DNA from: an uncultured cyanobacterium
GTDB taxonomy: Bacteria > Cyanobacteriota > Cyanobacteriia > Cyanobacteriales > CAWCAG01
Assembly: GCA_963803805.1 (NCBI GenBank)
Contig: CAWDOD010000002.1
Span: forward strand, 960,001-1,024,000
Direction: 5' to 3'
DNA: 64,000 nt
The notes below the pieces were generated by a model. That model was not told the origin of the DNA. It did no database searches and was given only the letters and a program-made list of their open reading frames with translations. Of this stretch, positions 1 through 10,087 are shown one piece after another; the stretch's first letter is position 1, and the number at the start of each line of letters is the position of its first letter. The translations under genes were made by a program, and so were the position numbers.

Positions 1-455
1 TCAATTAAATTCCCTTGGAAGTGAACCCGGCGCTGTACTAAGTCGATTTTAAGATCACCATAGTTGAGATAAAGAGGAACAGAAGTTAAGCGCATCCGCC
101 TCATCAAAGTTTCAACCCTGGTCATAAACTCCTGCATTCCAAAAGGTTTGCTTAAATAATCATCCGCCCCTGCTTTTAAGCCAGCGACGATATCCTTTTC
201 ATTACTCCGGGCAGACAGCATTAGGATTAGAGATTGCTGCTGTTGATAGAGCCAGCGGCATAGTTCTACCCCACATCCGTCTGGTAAGTCAGAGTCAAGA
301 ATAACTAAGTTTGGTTGGTAACTATGGAATATGTTTCTGGTAGCGTGAATGCTGGCGGATTGTTGAACCCAATAACTTGCTTGTTGCAAGTGCCATGCTA
401 AAAGCGATCGCAGGTGAGGATTACCCTCAACAATTAAAATTTGAACCGAACCCAC
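1..455 (-). CDS. nrrA: OmpR-family response regulator, NrrA/Rre37-like (3' part outside window)
   Basis: Hand translation from GTG at 455: MGSVQILIVEGNPHLRSLLAWHLQQ...VILDSDLPDG...AGLKAGADDYLSKPFGMQEF, resembling cyanobacterial NrrA; NtcA box upstream; not in ORF track. Confidence 0.85.
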   Translation of the reverse strand, partial: MGSVQILIVEGNPHLRSLLAWHLQQASYWVQQSASIHATRNIFHSYQPNLVILDSDLPDGCGVELCRWLYQQQQSLILMLSARSNEKDIVAGLKAGADDYLSKPFGMQEFMTRVETLMRRMRLTSVPLYLNYGDLKIDLVQRRVHFQGNLI

Positions 456-488
456 GTTGGTCTTCTTCCGTTGAATTTGGTGAGATTA

Positions 489-530
489 AAGGTAACAGAG
501 CTAATGTCAAGATGTTGTAACAGAGGCTAC
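489..530 (-). promoter_or_regulatory. NtcA-activated (class II) promoter of the nrrA-like gene
   Basis: GTA-ACAGAGGC-TAC (GTA-N8-TAC) at 517-530; 22 nt further on the minus strand a TAN3T -10 (TACCTT, 494-489). Confidence 0.85.
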
Positions 531-755
531 GTATAACTCCATAGAAATAATTTTGTCTTGGTTATTACTTCTCGCTGAAAATAGACCAAGTAAGATTTTC
601 TACGGGAATTGAGTACTAATTCGTTAAAATGAGTTTAAAGGAATGTTGAAGAAGTTTATTAATCTTCTCAACCTTTAGCAATAAATTACTGGTAATATTT
701 ACTTAAACCCTAGCTTTTTTCTTTAGTTCTCACTACTTACCAAAACTTTAAGATA

Positions 756-1016
756 ATGCTTCAAGATACTAGAGCCATTCGCTACTACCAAAGACTAACA
801 GATTCTATGGTAGATCTTTGGCAGCGAGGTTATCGCTTTAATGATTTGCGAATGTATATGGATGGTTACTTATCCTGTCTCAGACAGTGCAATGACCTGG
901 AACCGTACCTAATCCACCGCTTAGAAGAAGATACCTTTCGCTTTCTACGTGACCCTTCTAACTTCGAGCTAGCTATGCCCCAAACTCAAACTCAAGCTGA
1001 GGCGGACTACTACTAA
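756..1016 (+). CDS. Conserved small cyanobacterial protein (DUF6761-like)
   Basis: MLQD..IRYYQRLTD..V.LW.RGYRF.DLRMY.DGYL motif, divergent from nrrA. Confidence 0.75.
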   Translation: MLQDTRAIRYYQRLTDSMVDLWQRGYRFNDLRMYMDGYLSCLRQCNDLEPYLIHRLEEDTFRFLRDPSNFELAMPQTQTQAEADYY

Positions 1017-1118
1017 ACATCTTCTTTGGCTATGTCTCAAAAACGATTACTGGCTCAGGGGTGAAAGATATCTTATTGAGTTCTTATCTCCCCCGTTCTC
1101 CATCTACTGGCGGGGAGA

Positions 1119-1192
<74 letters not shown>

Positions 1193-1336
1193 TAAACTGC
1201 CAGTTAAAGACTATAACATAGAGTTCCTCAACAGAGCAAATTTTACTTTTCAGCAAAGAAAACTATCTTCAAGAACGATCCGAGACTCCTGAGTTTTGAT
1301 AAAATTACTGGGGTCATTAAATTTGAGTAACAATTT

Positions 1337-1840
1337 TTGAGCCAATCTACAGACGTACAACAAATCGACACATTGGCACAAGAACTGGCAAGCATACAGC
1401 AAACTAGTTCCAAAAGGATCGCTTTGCTTGGCTCTCGCCATGTTCCGATCACTCATCAGTATTTGATTGAAATGATGAGCTATGCCTTAACCCTTGGTGG
1501 TAACCGCCTGATTACTTCTGGTGCTACAGGAACTAATTCTGCTGCTATTAAAGGGGCAATGCGGGCTGATGCCAATCTTTTGACAGTGATCTTGCCTCAA
1601 AGTTTAGAGCGCCAGCCTTTAGAGTCCAAAAAACAGTTGGAAAAAGTTATCCATTTGGTTGATAAGCCAGAGAATAACCATCTTTCCTTAGCTGAGGCTA
1701 GTGCTTTGTGCAACCAAGAAATTATTTCTCGCTGTCAGCAATTAATTTGTTTTGCTTTCCACGATAGTAAAACTTTGCTAAAAACCTGTGAAGATGCTGA
1801 AGAGCAACATAAAGTAGTAACTTTGTTCTATTTTGATTGA
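1337..1840 (+). CDS. DprA/Smf-like Rossmann-fold (SLOG superfamily) protein
   Basis: IALLGSRH...ITSGATGTN...ICFAFHDS motifs. Confidence 0.75.
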   Translation: MSQSTDVQQIDTLAQELASIQQTSSKRIALLGSRHVPITHQYLIEMMSYALTLGGNRLITSGATGTNSAAIKGAMRADANLLTVILPQSLERQPLESKKQLEKVIHLVDKPENNHLSLAEASALCNQEIISRCQQLICFAFHDSKTLLKTCEDAEEQHKVVTLFYFD

Positions 1841-1849
1841 TTAAAATTT

Positions 1850-2260
1850 ATGGCTATTTCCACTAGTGCTATTCTGCTCTACTCTATTGTCGGGGCAGTA
1901 GTTTTGATTTATCTTCCTTTCTTGGTAGTAGGTTATGCTCGTACCCAAGTAGGATATGATATGCAAGCTCCTAGAACTATGCTAGAAAAGTTACCTGACT
2001 ATGCAAAAAGAGCAAACTGGGCGCACCAAAATTCTTTTGAGACTTTTATGGTGTTCGCTGCGGCGGCTTTCATGGCTTATGTAACAGGAGTTGATTCTCC
2101 TTTAGCGATAGGAGCAGGAATTGCTTTTTTAGGAGCGAGATTTTTATATTCGCTTTTTTATATTTTCAATATTCCTTTGGCGCGATCGCTAATGTTTGGT
2201 ATTGGTTCTTTTTGTACAACAACTCTTTTTGTCTTGAGTTTGCTAGCAATTAATTCCTAA
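1850..2260 (+). CDS. MAPEG family membrane protein
   Basis: RANWAHQNSFE motif, hydrophobic helices. Confidence 0.85.
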   Translation: MAISTSAILLYSIVGAVVLIYLPFLVVGYARTQVGYDMQAPRTMLEKLPDYAKRANWAHQNSFETFMVFAAAAFMAYVTGVDSPLAIGAGIAFLGARFLYSLFYIFNIPLARSLMFGIGSFCTTTLFVLSLLAINS

Positions 2261-2285
2261 CTTTTAATTTTTTTAATTAACCACT

Positions 2286-2777
2286 ATGGCTTCCAACTCT
2301 TCTTTTGATATTGTCAGCGATTTTGATCAGCAAGAAATGGTTAATACAGTAGATCAAACTAATCGAGAAATAATTAATCGCTATGACCTCAAGGATACGA
2401 AAACAACTGTGGAGTTGGAGGATGATACTATTAAAATCAATACTGAAAGTGATTTCACTTTAGAGGCGGTTAATTCAATTTTGCGTACAAAGGCTGCTAA
2501 ACGTAAGTTATCTCAGAAAATCTTTGATTTTGGCAAAGTAGAATCTGCTGGTGGCGGGCGCGTTAGACAAGAAATTAAGTTGCAAAGAGGTTTAACTCAA
2601 GAACTTGCCAAGAAAATTAGTAAGTTAATTCGGGATAATTATAAGAAGGTACAAGCTTCTATTCAAGGAGATAGTGTTCGGGTTTCTAGCAAGTCAAAAG
2701 ATAGTTTACAAGAAGTGATGCAGTTATTGAAGCAGGAAGATTTTCCTGTGGAATTACAATTTACTAATTACCGCTAG
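2286..2777 (+). CDS. yajQ: YajQ family nucleotide-binding protein
   Basis: SFDIVS...NRYDLKDT...[14 protein letters not shown]...LQFTNYR. Confidence 0.93.
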   Translation: MASNSSFDIVSDFDQQEMVNTVDQTNREIINRYDLKDTKTTVELEDDTIKINTESDFTLEAVNSILRTKAAKRKLSQKIFDFGKVESAGGGRVRQEIKLQRGLTQELAKKISKLIRDNYKKVQASIQGDSVRVSSKSKDSLQEVMQLLKQEDFPVELQFTNYR

Positions 2778-2805
2778 GTAATCATTGATCATTAAAAAGT
2801 TTATT

Positions 2806-3886
2806 TCAAGGCCGCATAATAATAGTTAAATCCTCTCCGAACATTGCCTCAAGTAAATCTTCAAGTTCTTCTGGAACAACTGGGGAAGCAGAAACAGGTC
2901 CTTGTAGGAAGTCTTTAATAGTAATCTTGCGATCGCGAAAATCTTGAACAAAATCACGAACTTCTTCAAGGATATCAATCTCCATTTGACCCTCTTCGAG
3001 GGTATTGCTAATTATATCTATACCCTCTCGCTTGGCGCTACGATAGGCTTTTACCATTTGACCTTCGGGAGTATTCTTAACTTGATTTAGTTCTGTTTTA
3101 AGCTGTTCAAGTTGTTCATTGAGTAACTCGATTTCTTTTTCTAACTGTATTTCTTGTCTTTCTTGTTCATTTTGAGCAGAAGCGCGAAAAGCTTGTTTGT
3201 TACTCTGACGTTCAATTTCTAATAACCTTGCATAATCACCATTTTTGTAGGCAAGATTAATTTCTTTCATTACCTCTGTATGATGATTTCTTGTTTCTTC
3301 ATCAGCAACTTTATCAGGATGAAATTTATCTGCTAACTTTAAGAAAAGCTTTCTCAAATCTTTAGAAGCGCGTCCTTTAACTTCTGCACCAGGTTCTTCA
3401 AAAAACTCCTTTTGTCCCCCAAAAAAGTTTCTAGGATTCTGAAGAATCAAAATTTTCTCCTTCTGGCTCAAAATCAAACCCATCCCCCCTTTCCTGTCCC
3501 TCTGATGGGTCAAGGCGGGAAGAAATTCGTCCTGTCAACTGAAGGGTTTTATATACTTCTTCAATCTGCTTTTTTGAGCGCTTACCAAAGCTACGTTTAG
3601 TTATAATCTCATCGAACAAATTGTGAATTTCTTCATCAAGTTTGAAAATTTGCTCATATAAAGAACTACTTTTCGACACCATTTCCATGGCAACTTCCCT
3701 TACTTGCCCAGTTAAGTTAGCCAATTCCGTTCTTCTACGCTTAACTTGGGTAAGAAGCTTTTTATGTTGTTGCTGAAGAAACTCTAGTCGTCCACTGAGG
3801 GATGCAAAGGAAAGTGTTGACTCATTAGCAGTGGGGGAAACCGTAGATGTAGTTTTGGAGGGGGCTTTTCTTTTCCTTCTGGCCAT
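2806..3886 (-). pseudogene. Coiled-coil J-domain (DnaJ-like) protein split by a frameshift near 3435-3445 (real or sequencing error)
   Basis: Two overlapping ORFs (3431-3886, 2806-3513); downstream part has the J-domain motif FHPDK; coding character continues across the shift. Confidence 0.7.
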
Positions 3887-3994
3887 GAATCAAAAAAAGA
3901 GGAAGAACATAAAATCCATTTCAGTTTACCGAACTTTGTGGATTTAACACCAGCTTAAGCCTGGGTAAGGGAAAGCATTAAAACCTTATTATGC

Positions 3995-4069
3995 AAAAGA
4001 AAAGGCTTCTGGGAGTCTGGCCGTGTTTCGACCCCAAAAGCCTTTTCTTTAATTTTTGCTCCTCACACA
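3995..4069 (-). ncRNA. yfr2: Yfr2-family sRNA
   Basis: Minus strand starts TGTGTGAGGAG (complement of the Yfr1 CTCCTCACAC motif), then hairpin AAAGAAAAGGCTTTTGGGGTC-GAAACACGGCCA-GACTCCCAGAAGCCTTTTCTTT with the Yfr2-type GAAACACGG loop. Confidence 0.8.
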
Positions 4070-4182
4070 ATCATAACTTATACTTTTCTTGCCTATTTAT
4101 CTAGGGGAGTAGTGACACTTTTCAAACTGACACTCACCTCTAATTGATAGTTGATAATTACCTCTCCTTGTCTCCCCCTGTT

Positions 4183-5493
4183 TTAGTCTTTTCCTTTCCC
4201 TATCGGCAGTTCAATAATAAATTCCGTTCCTTGATTTAAGTGAGAAATACACTTAAGTTCGCCTTGATGTTTCTCTTTGATTATGTGGTAGCTGCAAGCA
4301 ATCGCCAAATACTTTTCTGTATCAATTTCTGGGGCAGCAAATAAGTTGTCAAAAAAATGATTTTGCTCTACTTCAGTTATCCCAAAAGCATTGTCGCGAA
4401 AGGAAATTTTCAGATAATTTTCAGAAGATACTTTTGTGTTAATAGTGATTTGAGGTTCTTTATTTTCTTTTCTTCTCCTTTGTTCATCTAACACATTTAC
4501 AGCATTAGTAAGGATGTTCATAAACACTTGATTAATTTCCCCTGGATAACATTCAATTAAAGACAAATCACCATATTCTTTAACTACTTTAATAATAGGT
4601 TCCCCGACTCTTGCTTTAAAACGATGCTGTAAAAGTGCCAAACAGCTATCAAGTCCTTCGTGAATATCTACTAATTTTAAATCTGCCCTATCAAAATTAG
4701 AAAAGTTACGCAAAGAATGAACTAATCTGTAGATCCTTTCTGCCCCTATATCCATTGAGGTAAGTAGTTGTAGCAAATCAGATTTGAGAAAATCTAGATC
4801 AATAGCCTCTATTTCTTGAGTGATCGCCGCAGTTTTTTCTGGCAATGCTTCTTGATACATAGTTAAAAGTTTTAGTAAACTTTGAGCATAACTACGAGCG
4901 TGGGATAAGTTACCGTAAATGAAGTTAATTGGGTTATTTATTTCATTAGCAATACTCACTACTAACTGCCCTAAACTAGACATTTTCTCACTTATAATCA
5001 AATGAGACTGGGCCTTTTGTAGTTGGCGTAAAGCTTGAGTTAATTGTTGTGATTTAGCTCTTTGCTGTGCTTCAGACTGTTGTAGTTGTTCTCGTAAGCG
5101 CAAGCTATTAATTTGGGTTTCCACCCTAGCTATAACTTCATCAATTTGAAAGGGTTTAGTTATATAATCTGCTGCACCAAGTTTAAACCCTTTAACTTTA
5201 TCAAAAACGTCGTTAAAAGCACTAATAAAAATAATGGGGATGTGGCGGGTTTGTTGATTTGCTTTGAGTTTTTCACAAACTTCATAACCATCCATTTGTG
5301 GCATATTTATGTCTAGCAAAATCAAATCTGGTGGTAGCACTTGGATAGACTTTAAGGCTAAAGAACCACTAATAGCACTGCGCACTTCATAATTGTGACT
5401 CTTCAACATCGCAGAAAGAAGGCGGAGATTATTGGGCATATCGTCAACGATGAGAAGGTTTCCTTTGAAACCTTCTACTCCATTGCTACTCAT
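4183..5493 (-). CDS. Hybrid REC + histidine-kinase-like protein with degenerate kinase core
   Basis: Intact REC (LLIVDD, DLILLDINMP, KPF); H-box reads SIANEINNP; G boxes degenerate. Confidence 0.85.
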   Translation of the reverse strand: MSSNGVEGFKGNLLIVDDMPNNLRLLSAMLKSHNYEVRSAISGSLALKSIQVLPPDLILLDINMPQMDGYEVCEKLKANQQTRHIPIIFISAFNDVFDKVKGFKLGAADYITKPFQIDEVIARVETQINSLRLREQLQQSEAQQRAKSQQLTQALRQLQKAQSHLIISEKMSSLGQLVVSIANEINNPINFIYGNLSHARSYAQSLLKLLTMYQEALPEKTAAITQEIEAIDLDFLKSDLLQLLTSMDIGAERIYRLVHSLRNFSNFDRADLKLVDIHEGLDSCLALLQHRFKARVGEPIIKVVKEYGDLSLIECYPGEINQVFMNILTNAVNVLDEQRRRKENKEPQITINTKVSSENYLKISFRDNAFGITEVEQNHFFDNLFAAPEIDTEKYLAIACSYHIIKEKHQGELKCISHLNQGTEFIIELPIGKGKD

Positions 5494-5697
5494 GGGATAA
5501 TAGTGTAGTTGTTAGCAAGCTTATATAAATCAAGAATTACCTACCCAAAATTAACCGGCACTAGTTTAGGTAATGAGGAAATAGGGAACAAGAATATATA
5601 ACCCTAAAATTCCCTTATTTATGTAAGTCTTCAATGTTATTTAAGGGCATTGAGGTGAGAAACTGAATTTGAAGGGAACAAAGAGATAAAAAGAAAA

Positions 5698-6306
5698 ATG
5701 GTCAAAACTAAAGGTGTTAGCTATTTTGTAGCTGTCAGCGATCTTGCTAAGCCTGTTGCTGAACAGGAAGGGTTTTTAGTAGAGGTAGATAATCGTAGTG
5801 GAGATACAGAGAAAAATCGTGCTAAAGCCCTAGAAATTGTTAACCAGATGTGGGAAGAAGGGAACATAGAGTCCGATAAGTTCCCCGATGGTGTAACCAA
5901 AGAACATATTTTCTTTGTTCCTCCAGATAGCCCTCAACTACGTTCTCCCCAAGCTTTAAACGAAGAACCTGAACTTTTGCCCGTAGTTCAAGGAGCGCAA
6001 GAAATCCTGGAATTGACTAAACTTCAAGTAGAAGTTCAAGAAGCGGCAGAAGAAACTGCTCCCTATGCTCCCATTATTGAAGCAATTTTAGACCGAAGCC
6101 GCCCCCTGACTCCAGAGGAGAAGGATTTAGCGAAAGAAAAGAAATACGGCAAAGTAATTAATAGAATGGGTTTCGCCATCGCTAATCAAGAAGAGTACCA
6201 AGCAAATTGTACTGGTAACGGGCGCTTAATTCTCAATGCGATCGCTTGGCAGTTGAACAAAGAAGAGGAGGAGACTAACGAGCTAGGTGAGGGAGAGTCG
6301 GAGTGA
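5698..6306 (+). CDS. Hypothetical acidic protein
   Basis: 202-aa ORF, purine-rich leader, no recognised family. Confidence 0.7.
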   Translation: MVKTKGVSYFVAVSDLAKPVAEQEGFLVEVDNRSGDTEKNRAKALEIVNQMWEEGNIESDKFPDGVTKEHIFFVPPDSPQLRSPQALNEEPELLPVVQGAQEILELTKLQVEVQEAAEETAPYAPIIEAILDRSRPLTPEEKDLAKEKKYGKVINRMGFAIANQEEYQANCTGNGRLILNAIAWQLNKEEEETNELGEGESE

Positions 6307-6334
6307 GGGGGAGAAGTAATAAGTGTCGAATATA

Positions 6335-7375
6335 CTATTGCCTATTCCTTATTCCCTTTAGTAACCGTTGATTATCTTGTTGAGATCGCACTGCTACCCG
6401 GAAATAGCTATTCCCTAATTCGGGAAAACTGAGACAGTCTCGGATTAATATTTGGTGATTTAGAAGTAGTTCTTTTTGTAGCCTGGTACTAGGTTGTTCT
6501 GTTTCTACTAGAAGGAAGTTAGCTGCCCCTAGAAGGGGAGTTAATCCTGAAATAGAGGCTATACCATGGAAAAGTTCGGATTTCGCCTCAGACAGCCATT
6601 TCCAAGTCTTTTGCTGAAACTCTTGATCTTCAAGTACAGCAACTCCTGCTGCGGCTGCTAGAATATTAACTGGCAAAGGATCACGCCAGCTTTGCCAACG
6701 CTTTAATCTTTCAGGATGGGCGATGGCATAACCGAGACGCAACCCAGGTAGACTGTAAAACTTAGTCAGCGATCGCAAAATTACTAAGTTAGGATATTCT
6801 TCAATCACTGACACCAAACTTTGCTGTTCTAAGGGAGGTAGAAAGTCCATAAAGGCTTCATCTACCACTACTAAGTCAAACTCTTCCAAACAGGGCAGAA
6901 TCTCTTCTGTGTGCCACAGCTTGCCCGTAGGATTGTGAGGATTATTTAAAATTAAGCCTCCTCTAACAGAAACTCTTTCTGCTTCCTCCAAAAAAGTTAG
7001 AGGACATCGACAAACCTTCCCTTCAAAAGTTGCCAATGCCCGCTCATAATCGCGAAAAGCAGGAGTAATTAGATGGGTAACAGCTTGCTGAGAAAGTTCC
7101 CAACAAGCCCAAGTTAATAATTCAGCAGAGCCATTTCCTGGCAAAATCCACTCAGGGGATAATTGATGGAATTGAGCTAAAGACGATCGCAGTTGAGAGT
7201 AATGAGGATCGGGATAATTGCTTAAAAAGCTTAAATTCTCATGAATCGCTGCGATCGCACTTTGGGGAGGTCCTAAAGGATTAATACTGGCAGAAAAGTC
7301 CAGGATCTGAGCAACCGAGCAACCCGCTAATTGGGCTGCCCAAGTCAAATTACCTCCGTGGACTGGTCTAGTCAA
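6335..7375 (-). CDS. cobD: Threonine-phosphate decarboxylase
   Basis: HGGN, DFSASINPLG, NNPHNPTG, DEAFMDF, RSLTKFYSLPGLRLGY. Confidence 0.9.
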   Translation of the reverse strand: MTRPVHGGNLTWAAQLAGCSVAQILDFSASINPLGPPQSAIAAIHENLSFLSNYPDPHYSQLRSSLAQFHQLSPEWILPGNGSAELLTWACWELSQQAVTHLITPAFRDYERALATFEGKVCRCPLTFLEEAERVSVRGGLILNNPHNPTGKLWHTEEILPCLEEFDLVVVDEAFMDFLPPLEQQSLVSVIEEYPNLVILRSLTKFYSLPGLRLGYAIAHPERLKRWQSWRDPLPVNILAAAAGVAVLEDQEFQQKTWKWLSEAKSELFHGIASISGLTPLLGAANFLLVETEQPSTRLQKELLLNHQILIRDCLSFPELGNSYFRVAVRSQQDNQRLLKGIRNRQ

Positions 7376-7389
7376 GATTTCCGTTACAA

Positions 7390-7674
7390 CTATTTTTTTG
7401 AGGCTGCAACTTTTTCTTTGAACAACTTACCAGCAGAGAAAGCGGGAACTGTAGTTGCCGGAATTTCCATCTTATCGCCAGTTTTGGGGTTACGACCTTC
7501 ACGAGCTTTGCGATCGCGAGGTTCAAAGGAACCAAAGCCTACTAAGGTCACTTTATCATCGTTAGAAACTGCTTCCATGATGGTTTCTAATGCAGCAGTC
7601 AAAACTGCATCAGCTTGTTTTTTAGTAACGCTTGCTTTTTGAGCAACCTTATCTACTAAATCACCCTTATTCAT
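7390..7674 (-). CDS. hup: DNA-binding protein HU
   Basis: MNKGDLVD...LVGFGSFEPRDRKAREGRNPKTG. Confidence 0.96.
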   Translation of the reverse strand: MNKGDLVDKVAQKASVTKKQADAVLTAALETIMEAVSNDDKVTLVGFGSFEPRDRKAREGRNPKTGDKMEIPATTVPAFSAGKLFKEKVAASKK

Positions 7675-7961
7675 TAATAATCTCCTTATTTTGGGCTAAT
7701 TGTTGGCATTTTAAGCTAAATGTCCTTTTTGCGCTCTCAAACACATGAAATACGCCTATGAAACTAGAGATGTTGAGTATTTAGCGTTATAAGGCGCTGA
7801 AATACCTGTAGCCTGGAAGTTTCACTGCATTATTCTACGCTCTGCTTGCCTGATCTGGATAGCCAAAAGCTTTGAATTTATGTAGATTTAGCTTTTTCTT
7901 TGCAAAAATACACCTTTAGTAGCATTTTGAGTGGCACTAAATTAAAGTTTTTGTTACATCC

Positions 7962-8022
7962 GTAGGGGCGACCCGTCTCCCAAGTATTTTTGACAAACCG
8001 GAGTTTAAATTGGGTCGCCCTA
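7962..8022. repeat. GTAG-type REP-like inverted repeat
   Basis: GTAGGGGCGACCC ... GGGTCGCCCTA arms around a ~37-nt spacer. Confidence 0.55.
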
Positions 8023-8092
8023 TCCATCAGTTTAGTTTGGAGCAACGGCTACGTCCTACAGTTATCACCTTAGGCTAGCAACCGTTCACTGT

Positions 8093-10039
8093 TCACTGAG
8101 GAATATTGGGAAGAGCATTTTCCCCCTGCAATCTTTCCCGCACGTCACTATTGGGAATATAGCTATAGTTGAAGTCTCCATAGGGTTGAGAATCATCCAT
8201 AATGCGAGGTGTTACCAAAACAATCACCTCAGCCCTTTGATTAGCTCGGTTGGTACTTCTAAATAGGGAACCAATAATCGGTAAATCTCCTAAAATTGGT
8301 ACTTTACTTACTGTTGCCCTTTCCTGTTCTTGAATAATTCCAGTAAGTACCAAGGTTTGACCATCTCGCAAGCGCACCAACCCAGAAGAAAGAGAGCGTT
8401 CACTTAATAAAGCTATAGTATTACTGATACCAGCCGCTTGGATGTTTTGAGTATCTCCTATAGCCGTGATTTCCGGATTAACAGTAAAACTAACAAAACC
8501 GTTATCATCAATGCGGTCTACCTCAATACCTAAAATTAGTCCGGCTGGTTCTTTTTCTACGGTAATGGTGGTAGTAATAGCTCCCCCAGCAATAGTTTGC
8601 TCTGTTCGGATATTAGTAACTACTTCCTGAAAAAGCCTCACAGCCGCTTGCTGACCTTCTTGGACAATCAAAGTTGGATCTGTAATAATCTTGGCATTAT
8701 TACTAACTACAGCAGCCTGAAGCTGAGCTAAAAATCTTCTTCCCACATCAAATTGGCTCACTCCTGGTATAGTTGCTAGCCCTGTACCTATACCAGTAGT
8801 GGGAAGATTAGCGCTAGAGGGAGTGGTAGTATCAGAGCCACCTAAACTGAGGATACCCACACCAAATTGATTGATAAAAGATGTGTCATTAATACCAAAA
8901 GAGAAGCTAGTACCGAAAATATCATTACTAGTCAAATTGACATCAATCACCTTGACATTAATAGCCACTTGTCGCCGACGGGCATCTAATTGAACCAAAA
9001 AAGAAGTGGCAATTTCCACTTCATTAACAGGTCCGATGATGGTAATACTGTTCAAACGCGGGTCGGTTGCTATAGCTAGACCCCTAAGTAAAAATGTTGT
9101 TTCGCTACCCTCACCGACTTCTGCGGTTAATGTTCTCAACTCAGTAGGTAAATCCCTTCTACCTACAACTTCCTGAGTTTGGGGATTGACAATATCTTCT
9201 TGCAACTGGTCGAGAATTTGTACTGTTGCTCCTTGAGTTGCCAAGAAAGTTGCAGCATCTTCAGAATTAACTTGGTTAAGGCGGAAGGTGCGAGTAACAA
9301 TATTACGGGCGCTATCAGGTAAACTTCCTCCCACCAAAATAGTTTGATCATTACGAGAAGCTTTTAAACCAGAAAGCTGAAGAATATAGTTAAAAGTATC
9401 TTGTACTGACTCATTTTCTAAATCCAAAGAGACAGTCGGAGTAACACTTTCTTCTGCTTCTTCGGAGTAAACGAGGTTTAATCCTGCGGTACGAGCTAAA
9501 AGCGAAAGGACTTCCCTTACTGAGGCTTCCCTCAAGACTAAGCGAGGTATTCTTGCTCCTGTACCTAAATCAATGACACGAGGAACTGGAACAATCGTTG
9601 AAATACTAATGTCTCCTACTGGAGGAGCTACGGCTCTCGGTAAAAGAGGTGGTGCTGGGGCAACTGGTTGGATGGGGCCACTAGGGGAAGCTGGCTGTCC
9701 GTCGATGGTAATATCTGGATTAGGAACCAATACATCTGGAGTAGATTCAGGGAGGATTGGTATTGGTTGAGGTGGATTGGGGGTTTGAGCTACAGTATTT
9801 GTTTCTTCTGGAGAAATTTCTTCTACTGCAACTTCCTCATCAACTTCTTCCTCTTCTAAAGGTAATGCAGCTAAGTCCTCGTTTTCCTTTGCTGTTACAA
9901 TTTCTGTTGATAAAACTTTTTGTTCTTCTTGAGATTCTAGCTCCTTAATTTCGCTATCAACGGCTCTAGCTGGCTGTGCTGCCAGAAGTAACATAGCTAC
10001 TCCGGCTAAAATTTTGATGTTTGTTGGGTATGTTTTCAC
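8093..10039 (-). CDS. pilQ: Type IV pilus secretin
   Basis: PPLLPRAVAPPVGDI, secretin C-domain (DGQTLVLTGII, KVPILGDLPIIGSLFRS, VTPRI); last gene of pilMNOQ. Confidence 0.92.
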   Translation of the reverse strand: MKTYPTNIKILAGVAMLLLAAQPARAVDSEIKELESQEEQKVLSTEIVTAKENEDLAALPLEEEEVDEEVAVEEISPEETNTVAQTPNPPQPIPILPESTPDVLVPNPDITIDGQPASPSGPIQPVAPAPPLLPRAVAPPVGDISISTIVPVPRVIDLGTGARIPRLVLREASVREVLSLLARTAGLNLVYSEEAEESVTPTVSLDLENESVQDTFNYILQLSGLKASRNDQTILVGGSLPDSARNIVTRTFRLNQVNSEDAATFLATQGATVQILDQLQEDIVNPQTQEVVGRRDLPTELRTLTAEVGEGSETTFLLRGLAIATDPRLNSITIIGPVNEVEIATSFLVQLDARRRQVAINVKVIDVNLTSNDIFGTSFSFGINDTSFINQFGVGILSLGGSDTTTPSSANLPTTGIGTGLATIPGVSQFDVGRRFLAQLQAAVVSNNAKIITDPTLIVQEGQQAAVRLFQEVVTNIRTEQTIAGGAITTTITVEKEPAGLILGIEVDRIDDNGFVSFTVNPEITAIGDTQNIQAAGISNTIALLSERSLSSGLVRLRDGQTLVLTGIIQEQERATVSKVPILGDLPIIGSLFRSTNRANQRAEVIVLVTPRIMDDSQPYGDFNYSYIPNSDVRERLQGENALPNIPQ

Positions 10040-10087
10040 GGGGATTCACTCCTCTACCTAAAAATAAGGGCATTAGAACAGGACTTT

